A stretch of 23,522 nucleotides of DNA from a virus. Taxonomy: Duplodnaviria > Heunggongvirae > Uroviricota > Caudoviricetes. This document shows positions 8,477 through 15,420 of the stretch, one piece after another. Made by a program: the position numbers and the translations under genes. The stretch's first letter is position 1; the number at the start of each line of letters is the position of its first letter. The stretch is from the IMG/VR virus record IMGVR_UViG_2703718809_000014; one strand, given 5' to 3'. Under the pieces are notes generated by a model. That model saw nothing but the letters and a program-made list of their open reading frames with translations. It made no database searches and had not been told where the DNA came from.

Positions 8477-8510
8477 AAACGATTAATTAATCAACATAAG
8501 GAAAAGCGAC

Positions 8511-9470
8511 ATGAAAATTTGTATCGACGACGGCTCCACCAACATCAAGCTGGCATGGACTGAGAACGGCGAACGCCGCAACGCCATCAGCCCGAACAGC
8601 TTCAAGTCGGAATGGTCTGCGCCGTTCGGTGGCACGCAGCCCGCGAACTACATGCTTGATGGCGTGCGCTATGGTTTTGATCCGGTCAGCGATCGCTTTG
8701 TCCAGACGACCGACACGCAATACCAGTACAGCGATGTGAATGTCATTGCCATTCATCACGCGCTGGTCAAATCAGGCATCACACCACAGGAAGTGGATGT
8801 GGTTGTCACCCTGCCACTGAGCGAGTATTTCGACACAAACGCACAGCCGGACATGGCCAACATCAACCGCAAAAAAGCGAACGTTATGCGCCCGGTGGAG
8901 TACCAGAACGGCGAAGCATTCACTATCCGTAACGTGCGGGTTATGCCTGAATCCATTCCGGCTGGCTTTAAAGCACTGGCTGACATGAGTCCGTTTGAAT
9001 CCCTGCTGATTGTGGATTTGGGCGGAACCACGCTGGATGTGGCAAAGGTTCAGGGGCAGCTGGCAGGTATCAGCCAGGTGTTTTGCGATCCACACGTAGG
9101 CGTTTCTCTGATGGCCGATGCCGTGCTGTCGGTGATGGCCACCAACGGTATGCGCACCAGTCACCACATCGCCAATACCATTATCGAACATCGCCACGAT
9201 GAAGCCTGGCTGCGCCAGCACATCCACAATGACGCGCATTACGCCAGCCTGATGGCGGTTATTCGTGAAAAGGAAGAAACACTGAAACAACGCGTGATCC
9301 GCGCGCTGGCGGGTTTTTCGGGTTACGGGCGGGTGATGGTTGTCGGTGGCGGGGCGGAGATTGTGGCACCCGCTATCCGCGAAGCCTGCGGAGTTAATGC
9401 GACTTTCATTGCGGACGGGGTGCCACAGTTTGCTCTGGTTAATGGGCTGCACGCAATGGACAAGGAGTAA
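8511..9470 (+). CDS. parM: Actin-like segregation ATPase (ParM/StbA family)
   Basis: 319 aa. N-terminus MKICIDDGSTNIKLAW...ISPNSFK...YQYSDVNVIAIHHAL, then LLIVDLGGTTLDV, FSGYGRVMVVGGGAEI and ALVNGL parallel plasmid R1 ParM (MLVFIDDGSTNIKLQW...SPNSFK...WQYSDVNVVAVHHAL...LLIIDLGGTTLDI...VMVIGGGAEL...LVNGM as recalled). RBS AAGGA upstream. Confidence 0.85.
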   Translation: MKICIDDGSTNIKLAWTENGERRNAISPNSFKSEWSAPFGGTQPANYMLDGVRYGFDPVSDRFVQTTDTQYQYSDVNVIAIHHALVKSGITPQEVDVVVTLPLSEYFDTNAQPDMANINRKKANVMRPVEYQNGEAFTIRNVRVMPESIPAGFKALADMSPFESLLIVDLGGTTLDVAKVQGQLAGISQVFCDPHVGVSLMADAVLSVMATNGMRTSHHIANTIIEHRHDEAWLRQHIHNDAHYASLMAVIREKEETLKQRVIRALAGFSGYGRVMVVGGGAEIVAPAIREACGVNATFIADGVPQFALVNGLHAMDKE

Positions 9471-9474
9471 ATCA

Positions 9475-9786
9475 ATGGCGACATCAACCAGGAGGATAAG
9501 TTTCTATCTGAAGCCCGCCGCCGTCAAGAACGAAGGCGAAGCATGCGCCTGGCTGGACAGCCTTACACCAGAAGCCCGCAAAAGCGGTCAACGCGTGGCT
9601 TTTCTGGCCGGGCTGGCACTTCTGAAAATGAATCCGGCAGAGGCTTACCGACTGGCTGCATGGGCTGACGATGAGGCGTTATCAGTGACACAAACTAGGA
9701 CGGAACGCCCCGTGTCACAGCCAGCACCAACCGCACAGATAACCAGTCAGATGGCCGGAAATATCCGGGCGTTATTTCCTGAATAA
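9475..9786 (+). CDS. parR: ParR-like small DNA-binding adaptor (putative RHH)
   Basis: 103 aa from ATG at 9475 (AAGGAG 8 nt upstream). RRISFYLKP...WLDSLTPEARKSGQRVAFLAGLALL...IRALFPE parallels R1 ParR (RRTIAFKLNP...TLDSIPQGERSRLNRAALTAGLALY...LRSLFPKE as recalled). Sits directly after parM as in parMR operons. Confidence 0.65.
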   Translation: MATSTRRISFYLKPAAVKNEGEACAWLDSLTPEARKSGQRVAFLAGLALLKMNPAEAYRLAAWADDEALSVTQTRTERPVSQPAPTAQITSQMAGNIRALFPE

Positions 9787-9793
9787 CACAACG

Positions 9794-9813
9794 TCAGGGC
9801 GAGTTCGCCCTGA
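9794..9813 (+). terminator. Hairpin/palindrome TCAGGGCGA-GT-TCGCCCTGA between ParR-like gene and first Ea22-like gene
   Basis: Perfect 9-bp inverted arms read from the sequence; no U-tract follows, so terminator function is uncertain (could be a binding site). Confidence 0.3.
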
Positions 9814-9849
9814 TCCCCACCTCAGAACATAAACAAGGAGACCGACTTA

Positions 9850-10497
9850 ATGAGCAAAATTAACTATCAGGCACTGCGTGAGATAGCAAAACTGGCAACA
9901 CAGGGCGAATGGGTCGCATTCATTTCGCCGGGCACTGATACATATGCGGTGCATACGCCGGGGGATGAACGTTGCGGAGACATTATCAAATGGCCAGGCT
10001 TTGACGACCAGAAAAATGCAGAGAACAACGCAGAATTTATCGCAGCTTTCAACCCTGAAGTAGTACAGGCGTTGTTGGATGAACGGGAAGCCCAAAGTAA
10101 ACGCATTGCAGAGCTGGAGACTAATCTGGTGACACTCGCGGCGGAGAATGAGGCGTTGAAGTCGAACCTGATTTACTGGGGCGGCGAAGATTCAGGGGCT
10201 GTCAGAAGTCCGCTTGATTACGCCCGTGCAGCCGGGCTGGAATCTGGAGAGGAGTTTGAGATGCAAGTGGCAGCCAGAATGCCGAACCTGACTTATCGCG
10301 TTGTGTCGAATTCCCGATTCAGAACAACAATAGAACTGGTTGACGGATCATTGCCGGAAACCCCAGCCACCAATGCTTTTCTGGCTGAAGTACGAGCACA
10401 AGGCGTGGAGATGTTTGCTGAGTGCGCATACACACTTGAACATCATGATCACGCAGTAGCTTTTGCCGCCGAACTACGTAAAGGAGATAAACAGTGA
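9850..10497 (+). CDS. Ead/Ea22-like family protein with coiled-coil segment (paralog 1)
   Basis: 215 aa; N-terminus MSKINYQALREIAKLATQGEW matches the conserved Ea22-like N-terminal motif as recalled; predicted coiled coil KRIAELETNLVTLAAENEALKSNL; AAGGAG RBS. Confidence 0.7.
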   Translation: MSKINYQALREIAKLATQGEWVAFISPGTDTYAVHTPGDERCGDIIKWPGFDDQKNAENNAEFIAAFNPEVVQALLDEREAQSKRIAELETNLVTLAAENEALKSNLIYWGGEDSGAVRSPLDYARAAGLESGEEFEMQVAARMPNLTYRVVSNSRFRTTIELVDGSLPETPATNAFLAEVRAQGVEMFAECAYTLEHHDHAVAFAAELRKGDKQ

Positions 10498-11096
10498 ACA
10501 AAATTGACTATCAGGCACTGCGTGAGGCAGCACAAAACTATCAGTCGACGCTGGCGTGGTATGAGGCCATCCCGGATAGCCCATGCTCTGAGGTTGATTG
10601 TGATAGAGTTTTGGCTGCGTTTAAGTGTCAAATTCGTCATCGGGAAATGGATATTATCGCCGATCTGCTGGATGAACTGGACGAAAAACAGCATTACATC
10701 AAACTCCGCGACCAGGAAAACGAGGAAATTGCGATAACGATAGGGAAGCTGCGTATTGAGCTGGAAGAAGCAAAATCAAAACTCAACGAGCAGCGTGAGT
10801 ATTACAAGAGTGTTATCGCCGATGGAAGTAATCGCATTGCAGAACTGGAAGAGATCGCCACTGACTACGCACTGAAATTTCAGAAAGCACAGGATGCACT
10901 AAAGCATGCTGTGTTAATGCGTAACAAATCGCTTTCTTTTGAGAAAGCGGTGCGTCACCCAACCTCAGAGTGTGGCACATTTACAGTGGAGATCCCGAAT
11001 CCAAAGGAGTATTTCATTAACGGCGTATTCCAGCCTTTGCGATACGAACGGGATGTTGAACGAGCCATCATAAAGGCAGGTGGAAAAGTCTCGTGA
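10494..11096 (+). CDS. Ead/Ea22-like family protein with long coiled coil (paralog 2)
   Basis: 200 aa; GTG start at 10494 overlapping the upstream stop (GTGA), AAGGAG 8 nt upstream; N-terminus MNKIDYQALREAA shared with paralog 1; extended heptad-like region LRIELEEAKSKLNEQREYYK...IAELEEIATDYALKFQKAQDALK. Confidence 0.7.
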   Translation: MNKIDYQALREAAQNYQSTLAWYEAIPDSPCSEVDCDRVLAAFKCQIRHREMDIIADLLDELDEKQHYIKLRDQENEEIAITIGKLRIELEEAKSKLNEQREYYKSVIADGSNRIAELEEIATDYALKFQKAQDALKHAVLMRNKSLSFEKAVRHPTSECGTFTVEIPNPKEYFINGVFQPLRYERDVERAIIKAGGKVS

Positions 11097-11436
11097 CAGG
11101 AGACAGAAGAGAAGCCGCTCCACGGCAAACCGGGGCGATAATCACACATCGCCCTGCTGCACAATAGTGCACAAATTTGCACAATTTTTTTGAACGACTT
11201 TTTGCCCTTCCGGCCCCCGTGGCGGCTGGATCCGTCAAGGATCCGTGCGTGCACAAAAAAACGCGTTTTTTCTGCGCGCAGGTGACGGGGGAACAGCCCG
11301 CGTTTCAGGGGGTAAATAGCACTCCCTGAACGATGTCGCAGAGATACAACAGAATGGCTGTATTTCTCACGCTGAGCGTGAAAAAGACGTGAGGGCTTTT
11401 GATTTGATGGGGTGGCAGATAAGGCCGTCAAAATCG

Positions 11437-11456
11437 CACTGAGGCGGCGAAAACAT
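11437..11456. other. Candidate cos (cohesive end) site
   Basis: cactGAGGCGGCGAAAACAt resembles the P2 cohesive-end sequence as I recall it (GGCGAGGCGGGGAAAGCAC); lies about 150 bp beyond the portal gene stop, as in P2. Recollection-based. Confidence 0.3.
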
Positions 11457-11558
11457 GCAGTCAGCGCAGTGGGATTGCGTAAGAGTCTGACCGTCGATGA
11501 TGGCAATAAGCAGGAAAGCGTCGTGAAATTATCTGATTGATACAGGAGCTGGAGAGTC

Positions 11559-11581
11559 GGGGCATAAATTTTTTATGCCCC
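11559..11581. terminator. Perfect 10-bp hairpin GGGGCATAAA-TTT-TTTATGCCCC between convergent cargo and Q transcription units
   Basis: Read directly from the sequence; lies between the plus-strand cargo genes and the minus-strand Q-P operon; no strong U-tract on either side. Confidence 0.45.
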
Positions 11582-11608
11582 GGCGAAGCAGCAGACAAGC
11601 GAAGCGCG

Positions 11609-12655
11609 TCAGGATGTGGGCTGGGTGTCTAACAGTGCGTAAGGGTTAAAGCGGATCACCTCTTCGCCAAGCCAGTCATTGATGTGCTTCATGGCCTCCA
11701 TGACGGGCATCAGCTCGTTAATTGCGTAAACCCGCGCGGCCTTCTCCACATCACCAAACGCACTTTTTTCGCCCGGCATCGCCCCCATCAGTTGCGGCGG
11801 AACGCGGTGCGCAGCCAGCACATCATCACGGGATGCCGCCTTAACATTCATGAACTCATCCTTTGCGGTGATCTGCTGGAACGGCAAAATTTGCACCCCC
11901 TCTTTGCCCCCGTTGGGCGCATGAATGAGCACGTTTTTAAACGCACCACCACCACGCGCACCCTGTAGCGTTTCTTTCAGGGAGTCCATGCTTTCGCGGT
12001 TTACCTGCGCTGCACCGATGTAGATGATGCACCCGGCGTGGGATCCATTGTCGTAATACAGTTTTCTGAACATGTCCGCCGAATGAGACAGGCTGGCCGA
12101 GAGTAATGCGCCAAGATATTCCGGCATGCCGTAAATTTCCTGGTTAATGTCCGGATTCATCAGGTGGCACACTTTGCCAGGGCGAAACTGAAACGCGTCT
12201 TTGCCATCCTGCACATACCACCATGATTCAAGATCGCTTCCGCGTCGCATGTATTTCGCCAGGGCGTGCCGTAATTTAAGTGGTTCGCCGAGCATATTGC
12301 TTCGAAGCTCAAGGAATGCGTTACCGAACACAAACCAGTCCAGCGCCAGCGCCGAGAAATCCTGCCGGGAAAGCAGCGGGTGCGGGATGTAGCAACCGAG
12401 TAATACATTGCGCTTAAAGTAAAGCGCAGACTGATGCCAGGACGTTTGCCGGGCAGCTCTTGCCAGACCGTACCAGTCTACCGGGGTTTCATACCACCGC
12501 CCGTTATCAGCACAGTACATATTGTCCAGCAGGTCATGCCCGGTCAGGCGATAAGGACCATCAAATGTGAATGCACTGAGCGATGATTCTTTCCTGAGCG
12601 CATCAGCAAGATCAATGCGTGAACTCATGCGCACTTTTTTATTTTTTCTGCTCAT
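11609..12655 (-). CDS. Q: Portal protein (P2 gpQ-like)
   Basis: 348 aa, leftward, immediately downstream of and start/stop-overlapping the terminase large subunit gene, as P2 Q. Confidence 0.85.
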   Translation of the reverse strand: MSRKNKKVRMSSRIDLADALRKESSLSAFTFDGPYRLTGHDLLDNMYCADNGRWYETPVDWYGLARAARQTSWHQSALYFKRNVLLGCYIPHPLLSRQDFSALALDWFVFGNAFLELRSNMLGEPLKLRHALAKYMRRGSDLESWWYVQDGKDAFQFRPGKVCHLMNPDINQEIYGMPEYLGALLSASLSHSADMFRKLYYDNGSHAGCIIYIGAAQVNRESMDSLKETLQGARGGGAFKNVLIHAPNGGKEGVQILPFQQITAKDEFMNVKAASRDDVLAAHRVPPQLMGAMPGEKSAFGDVEKAARVYAINELMPVMEAMKHINDWLGEEVIRFNPYALLDTQPTS

Positions 12656-14406
12656 CAGAACTCCATAACCGTGAAACGCTCGTTTTCTCCTTCGCCGCCA
12701 ATTGGTTCGTTAATGACAGCAAGCATGGTTGCCCACGCAAGGTCGCCGTGGCTGATCCCCCTCGCGCGGTCCGTTTCGTAAGTGATAAAGCCGCCCGGTG
12801 TTTTCACCTTACGCACGGCGTTAAAGGCCGCGACCAGTTCGCGTTCGGCGCGATCGTATTCCCACCGCCCGGCACGCATTATTTGCAGCATTTTCAGTAC
12901 CAGCGACCGTTTTGATGACAGTGTGAAGGTGTACGGAATAGCAGCAGGGAAAAACCGTTTCACTATCTGATAAACAGCCTCCCCGTTCCCGCCCGTCACA
13001 TCAATACCGATGTGTTCCACGTTGTAGCGACACGTGAACTCTTCAATGACTCTGGCCTGTTCTTCAAACTCCAGCCCCTGAACGCGTCGCGTCTCCACCG
13101 TTCGAAAACGGCCACCAGGAACAGCCGGGGGAACCACCACGGACACAGCGCCGCTGTCGCCGTTGCCACTGCTGCCGTTTGCGTCATACCCAATCCATAC
13201 CGGACGATTTCCCATCGGGCGGGGAGCAAAAGGTTTCCAGTCTTTCCAGTCGTCGTATCCGTCAACGCCGCAGCCAATCAGGATGTTCAGGTTAAATGCC
13301 GATTCCCCTTCGCGGACAAACTCACACATGTAGAGATTGAGGAACTCGTCTTCGGTGTTTTCATCACGGATTTCGTCAATATCGGTGTGTTTCCAGCCGT
13401 GATTAACCACATCTTCCAGCGTGACAATCTGCCGCCATGTCCGGTCAGGGCAGATAAGTCCGTTATGCAGCGTTTTCCAGTCCACAGAAAAACGCTGGCG
13501 TTTATGCGAGGCCTTTTTCTCGTTCCAGCGGTCGCCGTTCCAGTAGGCGTATGCCTCGTGCGTTTCGGTGGATGGCGTGGAGAAGTAGGTGCGCCGCAGT
13601 CCGCTGAGGGTTGCCATAGCGCCAGCCACCTTGCGCAGTTCAGCAAAGCGACTGACCCAGAAAAATTCATCAAAATAAAAATTGCCCGTATAGGACTGTG
13701 CCGACGCAGCAGAAGTGCCGAGAAAATGCAGCTCTGCGCCGTTGGAGAGTATGATTTTATCGCCCCCTTTCAGCTCCACATCAACTTCAGCCGCGGCCTT
13801 CTGAATAATGCTTTTAAACTGGAACGCCTGACGACGCGACGCAGACAAAAAAATCTGGTTACGCTGGTAAGGTTGCGCCACATCGTCACGCAGCGCCATC
13901 AGCAGCGCTTCCTGTGCAAAATACCAGGTCGCCCCAATCTGTCGGGATTTCAGGATCATCCTGTTACGTATCCCGGCTTCCCTGCAAAGGGTCAGGGAGT
14001 CAAACCAGCCCCGCTGATGCCACTCCAGCCTGCTGATGATTTTTTCCCGCAGTGCGGCAATCTGTTCCGGCGTGAAATGATTTTTGAGTTTTTTCGCCCG
14101 GCCTTTCTTTCCTGTGGCCGTCGCATCCGGCTGGCCATCATGCAGTTTTTTAAGCTGCCGGGTCAGCAGGTCTATTTCCTTGAAGTCACCACCTGTTTTA
14201 TTCTGTTTTTCAGTGAGCTGGATGAGGCGCGCATCGATGGACTGCGTGACACGCTGCACGGGTGGCGTTTCATCCCACTGGTCGCGTTTTTTCCACGCAT
14301 AAATCGTGTTCGGGTTTATTCCCATCAGACGTGATATTTCTGCGGGCGGATAACCCTGCCAGTAAAGTTGCCGCGCACGCTGGCGCACAAAAGCGTCCTG
14401 AATCAT
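12655..14406 (-). CDS. P: Terminase large (ATPase) subunit (P2 gpP-like)
   Basis: 583 aa, leftward, divergent from the O-N-M operon as in P2; N-terminal HTH-like segment AEISRLMGINPNTIYAWKKRDQWDE. Confidence 0.9.
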   Translation of the reverse strand: MIQDAFVRQRARQLYWQGYPPAEISRLMGINPNTIYAWKKRDQWDETPPVQRVTQSIDARLIQLTEKQNKTGGDFKEIDLLTRQLKKLHDGQPDATATGKKGRAKKLKNHFTPEQIAALREKIISRLEWHQRGWFDSLTLCREAGIRNRMILKSRQIGATWYFAQEALLMALRDDVAQPYQRNQIFLSASRRQAFQFKSIIQKAAAEVDVELKGGDKIILSNGAELHFLGTSAASAQSYTGNFYFDEFFWVSRFAELRKVAGAMATLSGLRRTYFSTPSTETHEAYAYWNGDRWNEKKASHKRQRFSVDWKTLHNGLICPDRTWRQIVTLEDVVNHGWKHTDIDEIRDENTEDEFLNLYMCEFVREGESAFNLNILIGCGVDGYDDWKDWKPFAPRPMGNRPVWIGYDANGSSGNGDSGAVSVVVPPAVPGGRFRTVETRRVQGLEFEEQARVIEEFTCRYNVEHIGIDVTGGNGEAVYQIVKRFFPAAIPYTFTLSSKRSLVLKMLQIMRAGRWEYDRAERELVAAFNAVRKVKTPGGFITYETDRARGISHGDLAWATMLAVINEPIGGEGENERFTVMEF

Positions 14407-14560
14407 TGCTCCCCCTGAGTAATTACAGGAAGATTACCCGCGCGCGAAACTGTTCTCCTTAACCCCCTGTTCTGGCCGTTTTCTTACAACAAAAGCCCTT
14501 TGTATCAACCTGTTACGCTTTGCCATCATGACTGAAGAACCAGTCAGAGGGGCAAAAACT
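14407..14560. promoter_or_regulatory. Divergent late promoter region (P-Q leftward, O-N-M-L rightward)
   Basis: Intergenic region between divergent late operons; in P2 this holds the Ogr-activated PP/PO promoters. Several TGT...ACA elements are visible but no site is confidently assigned. Confidence 0.4.
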
Positions 14561-15397
14561 ATGGCTAATGAAAAAAAGACATCCCGCAAAAAGTTTCGCG
14601 TGGCTGTCTCCGGTGTAACGGCAGACGGGCGCGAAATCAACGGCGACATGCTGAAAGCTGCCGCCACCAGTTATAACCCGTCCGTTTATGGTGCACGTGT
14701 GAATATTGAGCACATCCTGTCACCACTCCCCGGTAGCGAGTTTTCCGCTATGGGCGATGTTGTGGGGTTGAGCACCGAAGACATAACCGATGGCCCGCTG
14801 GCAGGTCGCACGGCACTGTATGCCGAAATTGAGCCGACCGCTCGCATGATGTCCCTGCTTAACGATGGTAAAAAAATTTACTCCAGTATTGAGCTGGAAC
14901 CACAGTCAACCATCACGGGAGGCCCTTACCTGCGCGGGCTGGCAATGACCGACACCCCTGCCAGCCTGGGCACGGAACGTCTGGCCTTTGCGGCACAACA
15001 ACGTATGCAACTGATGACATTCAACTGTCAGCAGGGAGACGTGGCGATGTTTACCGCCGCTATGGAGTCAGAACTTATCGAACTCACCGAACAACGTCAG
15101 GAAGAAGGCACCCAGTGGTTTAACCGCGTTATGGGGATTATTGGCCGTGGCCGCAAAGCGGATGACGCCAGTTTCTCCCGCATTCAGGAAGCGGTGGAAG
15201 GTGTCGCAACGTCACAGGCCGACATTATCGACCGTTTTAATGTGCTGGAAACCCGCCATCAGCAGGACAGCCAGAAAATCACTTTACTGACCACAGAGCT
15301 GGCAGCACTGAAGGAAAAACTGCGCACGCAGGACGGCGATCCGCAGAATCGGTTCACCGCAACGGGCGCAGCCTCCGACCAGCTGGCTGACTTCTGA
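14561..15397 (+). CDS. O: Capsid scaffolding protein (P2 gpO-like)
   Basis: 278 aa from ATG at 14561 (GAGGGG RBS); KKFRVAVSGVTADGREINGDMLKAAATSYNPSVYGARVNIEH parallels P2 gpO N-terminus (KFFRIGVEGDTCDGRVISAQDIQEMAETFDPRVYGCRINLEH as recalled). Confidence 0.85.
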   Translation: MANEKKTSRKKFRVAVSGVTADGREINGDMLKAAATSYNPSVYGARVNIEHILSPLPGSEFSAMGDVVGLSTEDITDGPLAGRTALYAEIEPTARMMSLLNDGKKIYSSIELEPQSTITGGPYLRGLAMTDTPASLGTERLAFAAQQRMQLMTFNCQQGDVAMFTAAMESELIELTEQRQEEGTQWFNRVMGIIGRGRKADDASFSRIQEAVEGVATSQADIIDRFNVLETRHQQDSQKITLLTTELAALKEKLRTQDGDPQNRFTATGAASDQLADF

Positions 15398-15420
15398 TAA
15401 GACAAAGGAGCAAATTTTTT

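Noticed and set aside
8772-9452. 226-aa minus-strand ORF
   Set aside because: Antisense to the well-supported ParM-like gene; His/Arg-rich, atypical composition.
9340-9474. N-terminal extension of the ParR-like ORF (the 148-aa version)
   Set aside because: Overlaps the parM 3' end in another frame; the internal ATG at 9475 has a proper AAGGAG RBS and gives a ParR-sized protein.
11256-11271. AAAAAACGCGTTTTTT as an intrinsic terminator
   Set aside because: The stem would be almost entirely A-U pairs with a CGCG centre; more likely a protein-binding palindrome in the cos region than a terminator.
8435-11608. Old (OLD-family ATPase-nuclease) or Tin homologs at the P2 tin/old position
   Set aside because: No ORF of appropriate size or motif; the locus is occupied by the ParM/ParR/Ea22-like cassette.
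13012-14334. 440-aa plus-strand ORF
   Set aside because: Antisense shadow ORF inside the terminase large subunit gene; Arg/Pro-rich composition and no RBS.
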